Shown: positions 1-18,169, counted from the stretch's first letter. The stretch is 64,000 bases of DNA from Paraspadella gotoi (GCA_051294375.1 CM119264.1:22138709-22202708); one strand, 5' to 3'. Notes: a model not told the origin generated them from the sequence alone. Made by a program: numbers and translations.

Positions 1-2227
1 TCCTCTCTAATCTCCATTCATGCCTTTCCCTTCTCTCCAATCAATTATTTCCCCCTTAAATTACTTCCTCCTGCCTCCTTCATTTTTATTTTCTTCTTCC
101 CTTTTCTTTCCTCTCTTTTCCCACATTTCTTTTCTACCGTTTAATTTTTTCCTTCACTCGCCTTCACTTTCTCCCAACTTCTTTCCTCTCCTCCCCATTT
201 CCTCGTCTTCTCTTCCTTACCCCCTTTCCCCCTCTATCTCCTCCTTCTATCTCCACCCACTCTCCCCCTTTTTCCCCTCTCCTCCCCATTTCCTCCCACC
301 CACCTCCGTCCCTTCCCCCACCGCAGCATTCCTCGTTGCCATCCAAGGCATCCATCACGAGGTGAGTCGAGGTTCAGGCTTCGAGTTAATGACTGCGGGT
401 AAGGAGCGGGTAAGGAGCGCGAAATCGTCCCTGACGCGTGCGTCCGTGCCCGCCGTGGCGGCGGCGGCTGCGGGGCGCGGGGCGGGGGCGTGCCGTCCGT
501 GTTGGCGCGAGGGCTGAGGGCCGCGGTCGTGGAGGGAGGAAAAGAGGCCTGTCCGGCGCCGCTGCGTGCACTGCGTGCGAAAGAGCGCGCGCGACGGCTA
601 CGGGGGCGTGGCACACGCGAGGAGACGTTTGAGGCTAATCATTCGAGCCGAGGTACAGGGATGTCCGGTTAAAGCTAGAAAAAACATCTAAATATAGGGG
701 TAAGAAGAAGGTTACAAGAGAATAAAGACGGAAAACTTTTACTTCGTTCATGGACGCAAATTACCGTCTCATCCTCTTCTGAAAAATACCTGAGCAAATG
801 TTTCATGCATGACCTTTGAGTGGGCGTCTAAGGAAACCTTGCGAAATGAGACTCTGGATTTCTATTGAGGTGGCATTAAGTCTAGCCGCCTTAGTTTATT
901 CATTTATTTTTAATTTAGAATATATTAAATTAGATTTAAATAACGTTGTAAAGTATTTTTTGGAGTCGAGGTCACAACTTTTAATTTTTTCAAAGTAAAT
1001 GAAGAATTAGAAAATCAGTAAAAAGTTAGTTGGTATGTATGAAACTAAGTTTCGTTTATGAGTTCAGATACACTCGTTGGAAATATGGATCGGCGAGTCC
1101 GAAGATTTAAAGAAAGATCCTTAAAATGAGGATAACTGGATAACTGAAAAGTAATTGGATGTTAAGACTTAAAATTAAGACGTCTACGTCTACATCACGA
1201 GTTGCATCAAGGTAATCGATAGAATAATAACACCGGTCGACCGATCGTCCGAAGATGTCAACAACGAACTCGCAGTCCGTCGCTTCTGCGGCGCTAAAGA
1301 GGAAGCGCGAGTAATTGATTTGCGAGCGCGAAGCGGCGCGGGTGGGCGCCGGAATCGCGTTGGCCGGCGATGGGACCGCGGCGCCGCCGCCGCTGCGGCC
1401 GAGAGCGTGGACAGGTGTTTTAGTGAGAGACAAGGGGATCGTGGATGCGCAATCATTGGCGAAAGGTGATTTGTATGCCGCGCGTATCGGATCGCGGGCG
1501 GTGGGCGGCCCAATCTGTCGTCGGGGATCGAAAAGGATTGGGAGAACGGAGAATAAAGAGGGAAGAATTGGAGAATGGCGGCTGGGGCGAGCGCGGATGA
1601 TTTTAATCGAGCGAGACGAAAACTGCGAGAGATTCAAAGGGGGGCACAGTGATCCAAAAGAATATTAAAACTTGATAAAAGCCACTTGAACATACGGCAT
1701 AAATACATATTCAGTCCTATTCATAGTAATGGTACAAAGTCTTAAGTAAATAAACAGTTCCAAAAATTATTCTTTCTCAATTTATAAGCAAATCTTTATT
1801 TCGGGTGAGTCTTGAGAGGTTTGTTCACCCAAACTCATAGAATTTCAGCCGATTTCAATCAACTAGATTTAGTTCCTATGATACATCTTCTCACTAATCA
1901 GTTATTAATTAAATCTCATCCGTAATTGTCCGACCTTTTGAGAAATTAAATGCTTTTCATTCAAAAAAATGTAAAAAAGAATTCGATGTTCTTCAGAAAT
2001 TACCACTGATTCTTTTTTTTTATCGATCTTCCGATCTTAATTTGCTTAGCGCACTTTAAAAGGATTAAATTAATGATTTTATATTTAGCAAACAAATAAT
2101 AAATAAAGAAAAAATATTAAGTTGGGTCAATTTCTTTTAAATGAAATTTGCAAATTACTTGTTTCACTATTTTCTATTTTTCTAAATTAATATTTTAATA
2201 TTTTTATGAAGATTTAGTATTTAATCT

Positions 2228-6152
<3,925 letters not shown>

Positions 6153-6333
6153 CAGCCCCCGACTCCACCCCCTTCTGCGCCCCTGGGCCTCCCAGCACGC
6201 GCACAACCGAAAATATAAATATGGTCATAAAAAACCATATTAATTCTCTCGGTTTGGAAAGCTCATGCGCGAGGAAAGTGGAGGAAAATTGAATTTTAAT
6301 AAAAGTCTACTCTCCTCTCTCTTCTCTCTCTCT

Positions 6334-6383
<50 letters not shown>

Positions 6384-9300
6384 TTTTCTCTATTTCTCTC
6401 TTTCTTTATCCATCTCTTTAGTCTTGGCAAGAACCCTGGTTAGTACCGATGAATGGATCTCCTAATTTTCTTTCCTTTTTGGCTTCAATTTTGGCAAATT
6501 TTATTTTTTGTTCTTGAGAAGAGTCGAAGTTTTTACGATCAACTTATCATCTTCGGTTAAAAATGGGATAAAAACGTTTGCCACGTATTGAATATCGCTG
6601 AAAATAAAATTTACTTTTATGCCACCTCTCAAAAAAAATATTAAAAAAAAAAATCTAGTAAAAAAGAATATTCTATATAGATGAAAAAATCCCGATTTAT
6701 TGAGTTCCTAATTTCCCCCAGATTCAATTGACCCTTCCTATTTGACTCTCCCGCTACTTTCCATATTTACTCCTCTCCCTCTTTTGCTCTTCCTTTTTTT
6801 ATTACTTTTCTTTCCTCCTTTAGCATCCGTTCTATCGTTTTATATCTTCCCCTCTCCCGCCCCCCCATCTTTCTCCCCCGGTTTTTCTCCTAAGGACTCC
6901 GATCCTATAAATTATGGAATACTGAACGTCTCGACGAAGGCGGGCAGACGAGTGGAAGGCTTTTTTACGGAAGAGAGAAAAAAATGGATAAAAAAATATG
7001 GAGGTTACTAATGTTGCGAAATCGTTGAGCGTCGATTGAGAAGAAAGACGTTGATATCTCGATTGATTGACGGAACAGAAAATTTCATTTCATAAGTTGT
7101 TGGGCATTGTTTTCTTCAAACACAGAATGTTAAGAAATAGACTTTACAACGATTTAGAAATAGGCGCAAGTCAGAGGGACTTGGAATTACAACCGTTACT
7201 TATACTAATTTATACTTTATCATATAGTCTTTTTCGTCTTTTTCAAATTGCCCCCAAACATCGGTGATTCTAATAGTTCTACAATAAGTGTGCAATAGAT
7301 TATTTCAAAAGAGGCTTCAATACTTCTAAAACCGTAAAATTAATATAAATTACTGTATATTACATTTCGTAAAAAATTGTGGTTTTCCTTGAATAGAATG
7401 AATGACTATAAACCAGGTTTCTCTCTTTTCAGTCTTTCCGCCGACTGACATCGAGTAACGCGCAAGAGGAGCTGTTTTTCTTTGGTCTGTGTCAGTAATC
7501 CTGAGCGCAAACAATGCTTGGTCGGAGGCACGTTTGTATGCAAATCGCGTTCCTCAGTGAGAAAGAATCTTGGAAAGTGTTTCAAACCAAACACTGGTCA
7601 TTTGTGAGTAACTGTTGAAACGTAAATGATAGCCTGGGTGTTTTTATAAGTGATTTAGCATTCTTGACGTAACGAAAGGCATCATTTTTTTTAAACTTGA
7701 ATTTCAATGTAGCGTAATATATGACGCATCAGTAATAAACCATTTCGTTTGATAACTTGCTGAGTCTAGCTCCTTCCCAGAAAAAACAAAAGACCCAAGT
7801 GTCTGGCCACCTGACAGAATCTGTGACTCAAGTCTAGTGAATGGAAAGTTAATACGTAGAAAAGTTGAGAAAAGAGCGACAGAAGACGAACTGTGGAGCG
7901 AATAAGTTCAGTAATAATCACATCTTATTTTTCTTTTAACTTTTCGAATTGAGTTTGTTTTCGTGCTTTTCTTTAGATTTTTTAAATCTTTCTTCTTTGT
8001 TTCGTCAGTGAGAGCACGAACGATTCAATTAGGCAGCCGATTTTTCTTTTTATTGTGTTTTTAGTTCATCAGACAAACGAATTTGTAATCAGCGAATTTT
8101 TTGTCGGGCGACCAATAATATCTGGTACAATTTCGACGCTGGAATAAACAAAATGAAATAAATAAATGAGATGTTGACTTCGTTTCTTAAAAAAATAATA
8201 AGTTGATATAGTAATTAGCAAAATGATTTATAAAGTTTGCTTCGGTCGGCCGAAAGAGGATTTCAATACCATGATCCTCAATCAAAACAGATGCCAGCCT
8301 TTACAATTTGTTGCCGCCGCCAATGACGCTGCCGCCGCTGCCGCTGCAGCAGCCGCCGTGAAGATGACGACCATGCCAACGATTTCAACAAAACGACGGC
8401 GATGACAACCAGAGATAATCAACCCCAACGCTTCCTAAACGACAGCGTCTCAAACGTAATTCTTAATTAAAAAAAAAAGATATATTAAGTAACATATGTG
8501 CGATATTTACTTGTGTAACAAAAAGTCTAAAGCAACTAGTTTCCGCAACAACAACATTGACGACGACGACCACGACGACGACGACGACGCTTCATTTGCA
8601 TAGGGTGAATATTAAGGCCTCACCCGAGCTAATGTCGGCGAGAGAGACGGAGAGAGAAAGACAGATAGAGACAGAGAGAAAGGCGATAGCGGCGACAAAC
8701 GACAAGGGCGGCGAAGAAACAGTCATTGAGGCTGCCGCTGCCGCCGCCGCCCGGTCCGGCCGCGCAGTGGCCGAACCAGCGCCGGCCGGTCCGGCCTGGC
8801 GGCCTTCCCAGCACAAAAAAGAGAAAAAAAAAATACAAAAGAGCAAGAAAAAGGGGGAATTTTCCATTACGATCCGCTGGTTTCGATGGGAGGTGGGATA
8901 TGGATCGACGGTCGGATTGATCAAGGGTGGTCGAGAGATGGTGGGAACGAATCAATACGAACTGGAGAGTGTCGAGGGTTGTCGGTCGAGCCTCTGGAGA
9001 CCCCGGCGCGCTCCCTAACCTCGTCAGTCTCCCACGACAGTCGTTTGTTCGCGACGAAACGAATTTGTTTTTTTGTTTTGATTCGCTCGACTTTGCTTCT
9101 TATCTTTCTTTTTTTCACTTCGTCTTCATTATTTCTCGAGTTTTTTTCTCAATATTTTCAATTTATATTCGTCCCAGTTTTATCGACTTTTTTTGGATGC
9201 TGTTTATTCCTTATCAATCTTTTTTTTTGTGAAATGGAAATTTTGTTTTTCTATAGTTGAAGGCCTCTTAATTTTGTTTAATTAATTTTTTTAATTGAAC

Positions 9301-9511
9301 ACTTTCTTATTCCTTTTTTGTCTTAAGTTTTTATTTTTTAATTAATTTCATCAATTCGTCCTTTAATTCTCTTTTTTAACTTTGTTTTTTTTATATTTCT
9401 TTTCTTCAATTTGTTTTTCTTTAATTCAATTTTCGAGAATCGGAGAAAAACTCCCCGTTCATATATCACCAGAACCTCTACCATCAGCCGTCTGGTAATT
9501 CTCTGGCACTC

Positions 9512-9543
<32 letters not shown>

Positions 9544-10055
9544 TCTCTCTCTCTCTCTCTCCACTACATCAGCCTTTTCACCTTCCAACGTCACCCCCCG
9601 CTCTTTTGTTTACCCTGCCCCACCCCATTCTCTTCCTCTCTCTCTCTCGTCTTCCTCTCTCTCTCTCGTCTCTTCTCTCTCTCTTTTTTTTTCTCCCTCA
9701 CTATTTTTGTCTCTCTTTCTTTCTCATTGGTCCCATCTTTTTCTTTCTCTTTCTATCTCATGAGTCTTTTTATATTTTGTTTTTGTTAACATACATTAAC
9801 ATTATAAAAATTGAAAATATTTACTTCGATCTAATGATTTATTTGTTTATATACTTAAAGTCTTATACTTATAGTCTTAATTACGTAAAATTTTCTTTTT
9901 AAAATTTTTTAAAATATTTTTCTATTTCCCCTTTTTATGCTTTCCCCTCTTCTTTTTACCATTTTTTCTTCTTCATTTAGAGTGAAAAGCTAATAAAAAA
10001 TTTATTAAAAAAAATAAATAAAACTAAAACTAAACTAAAACTAATATGATTGCAG

Positions 10056-11053
10056 ATTGTCCACTTTAACCTCGTCTCGCGCTCGTCCTCCAACAAAGAG
10101 ATCTCAACCATCTCAGGAAAAAGACCAAACAAAAAAGTCGGTGAGTTTGTTTTTTAAAAATATTTTAAATTATGTAGAGATATGTCGTTACCGTTTACTA
10201 ATAAAATAAATAAAATTGAAAAAAATATTTTCTAAAGTGGAGCTGTGATTCAGCAATGAATTGTGTCATTTGTTTTCCAACTTCCTGGCCGCGCAAAAAG
10301 ACCTGCTTTCGTGGCTCCGCCCTGAGTCGAGCAAGAGAAAAACAAAATGACACTAAACTCTTCATATCTCGTTGCAACGTAATTTAATATGTTTGTATGC
10401 GAGTTTTTTTGCTGGTCGCGATGTCCGTATTGCTTTGCACATACTATTCCGATTATTTATAGGAGCGTCCCTCTGTTGGAGGGCAAGACGCGGGCTCGAA
10501 ACCAACCCAGGCCTTCAACTTTACGTCGTCTTCGGCGGGAACTGTTCCTGCCGACGATCCATCCACGGTCGCCTCCTCAGGTTAAACCCAAAGCTAAATT
10601 AAAGTGTTTATGTATTAATTTCAATTTTATAATAATATTTTAATTCTCTTTCTTTCTTTCGGACGTCCAGGCATCTGCTTGTTCCTATATCAAGATTGCA
10701 TGGAAGATTCTCGATGCAAAATTCTTTTCCTTAATTACAGAAGATTTTGCAAGTGGAAACATCGCAAATGCGAGCAGAAAACGAGGTGAGTTTATTTTAA
10801 ATTCACGTTGCGACGGGAAGAGGTGAAGAACGAAAAACTCATTTCCCTCACATTGGTGTCTCCACTGGTCCTTGACAACTTTCGTCTTTTTCTCGAACGA
10901 GCGATGTTCTTCTTTTTCTAATTTTCAGAACGAAGTGCGCGGCTGCGTACAACGATCTCAAATCTACGGGTCTCACCTCCTGTCACTGCCCGCCTCACAG
11001 GGACGGCAAGTGCCTTCGGCTCAAAGCCAAGTTCACCGCAAATCCATGCATCG
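10056..11053 (+). CDS. Four-exon fragment of an unidentified Ser/Thr-rich protein gene (copy 1)
   Basis: Exons 10056-10140, 10463-10580, 10741-10785, 10929-11053 with ag/gt boundaries (three gtgagt donors) and compatible phases: LSTLTSSRARPPTKRSQPS...|ERPSVGGQDAGSKP...|EDFASGNIANASRKR|ERSARLRTTISNLRVSPP... Confidence 0.55.
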
Positions 11054-11647
11054 GTGAGTTTAGCTTTTTCGTTTTCAATTGGAACATTGAAAAAAAAACA
11101 AAAAAAACCCAGTGAATTTCTTGGAAACCCCCTGTGTCAAAATCAAAATGTCTTTCTGAAATGTGAATAATTTGGGATGGAGTGGTTTCTTGGAATCTCT
11201 TAGTATTATTAACGATATAATATCAAATTAGGACTCTAAGTGTAAAAGAAAAATACAATGTTAACTCTCAATGTTGAGAATTAATGATATCTCAAATTGA
11301 CATCGACGAACCGATGTGGGATGCAGAATTGGTTGTTTTATTTGATTTTAACTTTCAATGATAATAAAAGCGCTTCCTTTTCCTAATATTTGCTTCGTTA
11401 CATATTTTTAACTTCATATTTATTGTTAGGATACTTAAAGTGCTTATACTTATAGTCGATCCTAAGTCTACTAAAATTGATTCATTTTAATAAATTGTTT
11501 TAAAATATTTTCTATTGTCCAGCTTTTTAGTGCTTTGTCCCCTCTTCTTTTTACACCATTTTTTCTTCTTCATTTAGAGTGAAAAGCTAATAAAAATGTA
11601 TTAAAAAATAAAATAAACTAAACTAAACTAAACTAATATGATTGCAG

Positions 11648-12640
11648 ATTGTCCACTTTAACCTCGTCTCGCGCTCGTCCTCCAACAAAGAGATCTCAAC
11701 CATCTCAGGAAAAAGAGCAAACAAAAAAGTCGGTGAGTTTGTTTTTTAAAAATATTTTAAATTATGTAGATATATGTCGTTAACCTGTTTACTAATAAAA
11801 TAAATAAAATTGAAAAAAAAATATTTTCTAAAGTGGAGCTGTGATTCAGCAATGAATTGTGTCATTTGTTTTTCCAACTTCCTGGCCGCGTAAAAAGTAC
11901 CGCTGTTCTCCCGCCCTGTGTCGAACAAGAGAAAAAAATGACATTAAACTCTTCATATCTCGTTGCAACGTAATTTAATATGTTTGTTTGCGAGTTTTTT
12001 TGCTGGTCGCGATGTCCGTATTGCTTTTCAATACTATTCCGATTATTTATAGGAGCGTCCCTCTGTTGGAGGGCAAGACGCGGGCTCGAAACCAACCCAG
12101 GCCTTCAACTTTACGTCGTCTTCGGCGGGAACTGTTCCTGCCGACGATCCATCCACGGTCGCCTCCTCAGGTTAAACCCAAAGCTAAATTAAAGTGTTTA
12201 TGTATTAATTTCAATTTTATATAATATTTTAATTCTTTTCTTTCTTTCACGTCCGAGGCATCTGCTTGTTCCTATATCAAGATTGCATGGAAGATTCTCG
12301 ATGCAAAATTCTTTTCCTTAATTACAGAAGATTTTGCAAGTGGAAACATCGCAAATGCGAGCAGAAAACGAGGTGAGTTTATTTTAAATTCACGTTGCGA
12401 CGGGAAGAGGTGAAGAACGAAAAACTCATTTCCTCACATTGGTGTCTCCATGGTCCTTGACAACTTTCGTCTTTTCTCGAACGAGCGATGTTCTCTTTTT
12501 TCTAATTTTCAGAACGAAGTGCGCGGCTGCGTTACAACGATCTCAAATCTACGGGTCTCACCTCCTGTCACTGCCCGCCTCACAGGGACGGCAAGTGCCT
12601 TCGGCTCAAAGCCAAGTTCACGCCGCAAATCCATGCATCG
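11648..12640 (+). CDS. Second copy of the four-exon gene fragment
   Basis: Near-identical to 10056-11053 apart from small indels. Confidence 0.45.
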
Positions 12641-12791
12641 GTGAGTTTAGCTTTTTCGTTTTCAATTGGAACATTGAAAAAAAAAAAAAAAAAACCAGTG
12701 AATTTCTTGGAAACCCCCTGTGTCAAAATCAAAATGTCTTTCTGAAATGTGAATAATTTGGGATGGAGTGGTTTCTTGGAAATCTCTTAGT

Positions 12792-13399
12792 AGGGTAGCC
12801 GACCAAATTCAAATTTTAATGGGAACAGCATTAAACTAATCCATTATTGGTATTAATTATTGTGCTAAAATTATTTTTTTGAAAAAATGTTCCGAACCAT
12901 GAGTAATTCGCTAATTAATATTATTATATTGCTATATAATGACAAAAATTTTTTTTGGATATTTTAAGTTTTTTTAAATTGATTCTGATAGAGCTTAAAA
13001 AGTTAAGCAAAAAATATAATTACACTTTTTAAAATTTTGATGTTTTATACTAAAAATTAGTAAAAACTGCTAAAATCATCGGATGATGATGATGATGATG
13101 ATTTTTTAAGGTTTTTCTCAATTTAAACCCATTATCATCAAAATATTGGAAAAAGAATTATACTTTGTGTAGATAATTTCATAAGCTATTTGAATCTGCT
13201 TTTAATAAAAAAATTTCCAAAAAAATTTTTGACATTTCCTATCTATATATAAATATTAAAAAAATAATTACTAATGCTTCTTGCCATTTAGAAAATTTTC
13301 CTCCATTGAAAGTTTTCTCAGAAATGTATGAAGTTTCATTTGGAAAGGTTCCCAAATCAAACTTCTGACCCACCCCATTGACGAGTTTGGCTCTACTCT
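12792..13399. mobile_element. MITE / non-autonomous DNA transposon, about 608 bp
   Basis: Imperfect TIRs AGGGTAGCCGACCAAATTC ... GAGTTTGGCTCTACTCT, flanked by duplicated TAGT (or TTAGTA); the paralogous copy near 11200 has the empty site ctcttagtatt. Confidence 0.8.
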
Positions 13400-13656
13400 T
13401 AGTATTATTAACGATAAAAGAAAAATACAATGTTAACTCTCATTGTCGAGAATTAATGATATCTCAAATTGACATCGACGAACCGATGTGGGATGCAGAA
13501 GTGGTTGGCTTTATTTGATTTTAACTTTCAATGATAATGAAAAGCCGCTTACTTTTCTCTAATATTTGCTTCGTTACATATTTTTAACTTCATCTATTAA
13601 ATCGCAATTACCGCCCCCGATATCTTCTCATGCGTCACAAATTGTTTCTCTACTCC

Positions 13657-14412
13657 TGTAGTCGGGCATTTGCCTAGGTTTCACAGCCCCCCGCCGAGAA
13701 TCATCGACACTTCAGTTGTGACTCCGTGGCTCATTGAGTAAGGCCATCAGCTCGATGACCACATGGTACCGGGCTTGCAATCCCAAACCGCGGTACACCG
13801 ACTACCGCTGCGGGAAGGTGAGGACGAGAGCGGTAGCCGACTTGGGGCATATGGCAAACCCTCGCAAGCCTCTGGTTCCAAGCGCCAGGAACCCGTTCGC
13901 CATGGCTGCTAGAGGGTGGTATCAGAAAGTTACGGACAGTCATCTTCAAGCCCACGTAGCGCCCCTTATCCACACTGGTGAGCCCATCCTGTCGAGCGTG
14001 ATTCCAACGCTTCTGATTCCATAGGCCCCTGGTCTAGCTGAAAGAATTTGACCTCCCTCTCACTGGAAGCAGTGCAGGGTGGTGTTACAATCTGGGGGCA
14101 TTAATGTAAGTCGGTTGCGATTATGCCTTGGTTCACCCCGCCGAGGAATCATGACACTGTTCTAGTTGTGACCGCGTGGCTCATTGAGTTAAAGCGCATA
14201 AGCTCATGACCAACTAGGTACCGTGTGGTTCAATCCAACACCGGTACTACCCTGCGGGAAGCGTGAGGACGGCCCGTAAGCCGCGGCTTGGGGGATGGCA
14301 AACCCTCAAGCCTGGTTCCAAGCCCAGGGACCCGTTTCCATGGCTGCTAGAGGGGGTTAATAGAAGTTAGCGGACAGTCACTCTCTCAGCCTCAACGTAG
14401 CGCCTATCCACA
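13657..14412 (+). mobile_element. Non-autonomous miniature LTR retrotransposon (TRIM) with tRNA-like segment in the LTRs
   Basis: LTR1 13657-13974 and LTR2 14105-14412, both TG...CA. PBS-like TGGTGAGCCC at 13976, GGGGG tract just before LTR2, CTCC target-site duplication (13653-56, 14413-16). Empty sites near 14938 and, inverted, near 21378. Confidence 0.85.
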
Positions 14413-14767
14413 CTCCCGCCTAAAAAACAACAAACAAAAAACAACAAACCCTTCTCTGTTTCGGAATTAAAAAAAATCTGCTGCGATTTACGAACGTAAT
14501 TGAATTCCTTTCAACTCTAAAGTTTTTTTTTTTTTCTCTTGTGAGAGACTGGCGCGGGGGTTTACCAGGTTTCCATATTTGGTTTCGATATATTTTGTAT
14601 ATATTTTTAATCTTTTCGTGACTTCTCATTAGTACGGGTAAGCATTAAATAAAACCTATTGATCTGTAAAAAAAAAAAAAATAAAATTATAGGGGAAAAA
14701 ATAACGATGTGGGAGTTCAAAAGCGGGATTCGATAAAAACGATTACCTGTTAAGTCGAAGCGATATT

Positions 14768-14847
<80 letters not shown>

Positions 14848-15284
14848 TTGTGAAGCTNNNNNNNNNNNNNNNNNNNNNNNNNCTATTAAATGCCCAATAC
14901 CCGGATAATCATTCTCATCGTCACAAATGGTTTCCCACTCCCCTAAAAAAAAAAAACAACAAAAAACAACAGACCCTTCTCTGTTTCGGAATTAAAAAAA
15001 ATCCTGGCGATTTGCGGAACGTATTGAATTCCTTTCAACTCTAAAGTTTTTTTTTTTTCTCTTGTGAGAGACTGGCGCGGGGTTAACCAGGTTTTCCATA
15101 TTTGGTTTCGATATATTTTGTATATATTTTTAATCTTTTCGTGACTTCTCAGTTAGTAACGGGTAAGCATTTAAATAAAACTATTGATCGTCCAAAAAAA
15201 TTAAATAAGGGGAAAAAATAACGATGTGGAGTTCAAAGGGAGGGGATTCGAAAAAACGATTACCTGTTAAGTCGAAGCGATATT

Positions 15285-15338
<54 letters not shown>

Positions 15339-15986
15339 GAGAGAGAGAGAGAGAGAGAAGAGAGAGAACTTGTGAACTGGGTTCGACGACGTGAAAAATA
15401 TCCTTGTTACTGCACTAAAAAAGGGTATCAGCACTCACACAGTAGAAGAGACAACATGCTTATTAAAAATTGAGAAAATATATATTGTATGTATGTATGT
15501 ATGTATGTATGTATGTATGTTTATGTATGTTGATGTATGTAGTATGATATATGTATGTTTAGAATTAATTTGAATTCTGTTTTTGACTCACTTTGCGAAT
15601 TCCGAGGCATTGAGCGAATGATTGCTCTTTTGTTGCACTTTTTTCTTTTTTTCTCTAAAGGAGCAAAAAAAAACAGAAAAAGATTGAGTTTTTTTTTTTC
15701 CTTTTTCCGCGGGACTGCTTATGACATAATTCACTTCCCAAAACCCGTAAAAAACACTGAAACGAGAAAAAGAGAGACAGAGAGCGAGGTTGAGAAAGAG
15801 AGAAAAAGAGTGAAAAAAAGAGAGAGAAAGAGAGAGCAACAACACTTTGTTATCCAAAGACTCTCATGGGAAAAACTTTTTTTAAAGCTCCAACCTTCCT
15901 ATGAACACATTTAGCCTTACAGTTGTGGCAGCGAGGCTTAAAGAGAGAAAAAGATAAAGAGGGACAGAGTAAAGAAAGAGAGAAAG

Positions 15987-16036
<50 letters not shown>

Positions 16037-18169
16037 GTCATAATTTTGCCAATGATGCAGGCGAGATGAAAAAAATAGAATTGATGGAAAAATGAAAGTG
16101 GTGAAACTTGGCCTCACCACTCACCACTTATCCCAGATTCGAGGAACTAGAGTCTTGTGCAAAAAAAATAGGAATCCCTAAAACATTGTGCAAATAATCT
16201 TGTTAGAATCTTTTATTTGAAGATATTTTCGGTTAATAATGTTGATAGAAAAGGAAATTATTGGTGCTTACTTAATCTTTTCCTAGAAGAAGTAACTACT
16301 TTCATATTAACAGACGTAAGCTTATAGGTATCTTGCATTATGATTCGTTATATTGTAATTGTTATCAACGATATTTTAACACTCACATGACATTAAGAAT
16401 GGATGTATTCGCTTTCTTTTAAAAATCCACATTCGACCATTCTTATTTTTGTTTTATGATACATGGAACTACGCCTCAAAAATCTAGGTCTCTGAATGGC
16501 ATCTTGGTTTTGTTGCAGATACTTCACAGATAGGTTTCATTCTATATTATGGTAGTTGTTTTGACCCACTCTGTATATTGAGTGTTCTTTTCGGTCTGGG
16601 TTAGCCACCAATAATTTCTTTCAACCTTATTGAATGGCTGAAATATCTTTCATATAAAACGTTCACATATATGATATCTTTATTAAACAATTTTGCTCAT
16701 TTACCAATTTAAAATATTTATATTATACATGCATGAAACCCGCTCAATTATAAAAGATTTAATAGTGTCTCTGTTTTTTTTTTGGGCTACATAGATGTAT
16801 TTATAGTTTTGTTAGGCTGTGAAAGAGACCGGAGTGAAATATATTCGGCTCAACATCGAGTCCTAGTAATGACACGGTATAGTCTACGGTTGAGTTAGAT
16901 GATAATCCCTTTAATCCTGAAGTTTCATCTGTCATTTACTCTATTCTTCCTTTTCATATTTCTCATTATTCTCATGCTAAATTAATATTTTTACATTTTT
17001 ATTCATTTGCGCACTATTTTTCAATCTATTCTCGACTTTTTCGACCCTCTCGTCTTTCCCTGAGGCCTTCCGCTCTTTTTAATATGTAGATGTGATGTGA
17101 GCTATTCGATTACAAACGAGATAGACGGACAATCTGAGGAGTACGCCACATGATCGAAAATTCGACGAATTACATTGCTAGTCCCAGCGGTAAAGCCGTG
17201 AACTTACAATACTGAATAACATAAAAAGAGATAACAATGTAAATTTAACTGATACAATTGTCTCTCTAACACTGTCAAAATCCACAGATTACAAACATAT
17301 TCGACGTCCAAAATGCTCGCGACCCAACCGAGCCTAACCTGTTTTCATCCATTAACTTATAAATACACATGGGTATGTTATTCTTTTTGAGCAACCCACA
17401 ATCCTCGAAAACATTCAAAATGACTGTCAGGCGATGCATACATTTCATTTAGTCCATTGGACGGTGGTATTCTGACTAGACGATACTCTAATATGGTATA
17501 ATTTAATATAAGGTCTTATTGGGTGAATTAATGTTTCTTTTGTTTCATGTGTGTTTGAGATTTGACTTCTTATTGTATATTACACTCTTTACAAATCTCT
17601 GTTTCAACCTGCTCTTTATCTTTTTATTCTGGATCATGTTTTCGAACTTTAGTATATTGCTATTGTCTTTCCGTCGTTTGAAAAGTTTGTGAGAGAGAGT
17701 GAAAAGTTCGAAGTGATAACCAGTGCTAGTTCGCTGTGGACGAGTGCAACAAAAAAATAATGCAAGATCGGAGAAAGATAGTAGGAGAAGAGAGAGAAAC
17801 TAATCGGCTGATTTTTGAGTGTATCTTTAATCTGGAATTTTCATGCTTTATGCTGTTAGAGTCGCGGTCGACGAAACGAAAAATCGCAACATAATAGCAG
17901 CTTCGACTAGAGCACACCCGCCCCACACGAGAATCAGAAAGTCGAGTAGGCAAAGAGAGAGAGCCTTGAGATATTCGTGCATCTAGTAGGTACATAACGA
18001 GCTTCAGTAGAGTCGGAATGAAAAACCAATATAATGTCTTACTTTACTCTGTAATTCATTACTAGACTAGATTCAGAGGTGTATGAAAATACAGATGATC
18101 TGTCTTGCTATTGTTATACGAGTTCTCAATCTATGTATGAATACACTGTAGGCAGACGAGCAGATGAGC

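Larger units (their letters stand above)
9850..13615. repeat. Direct duplication of about 1.55 kb (about 9850-11420 / 11430-13615, second copy interrupted by the MITE)
   Basis: Collinear near-identical sequence containing the four-exon fragment. Confidence 0.85.

Noticed and set aside
327-361. 35-nt plus-strand micro-exon (ccgcag|...GAG|gtgagt) after a long pyrimidine tract
   Set aside because: Good splice signals, but no partner exon or recognisable peptide to support a call.
400-1650. GC-rich ORFs at 400-670 and 1100-1670 (also 8600-9050, 35720-35950, 37750-38030, 46700-46900)
   Set aside because: Open in several frames because of GC/CGG richness, with no motifs or coherent exon chains.
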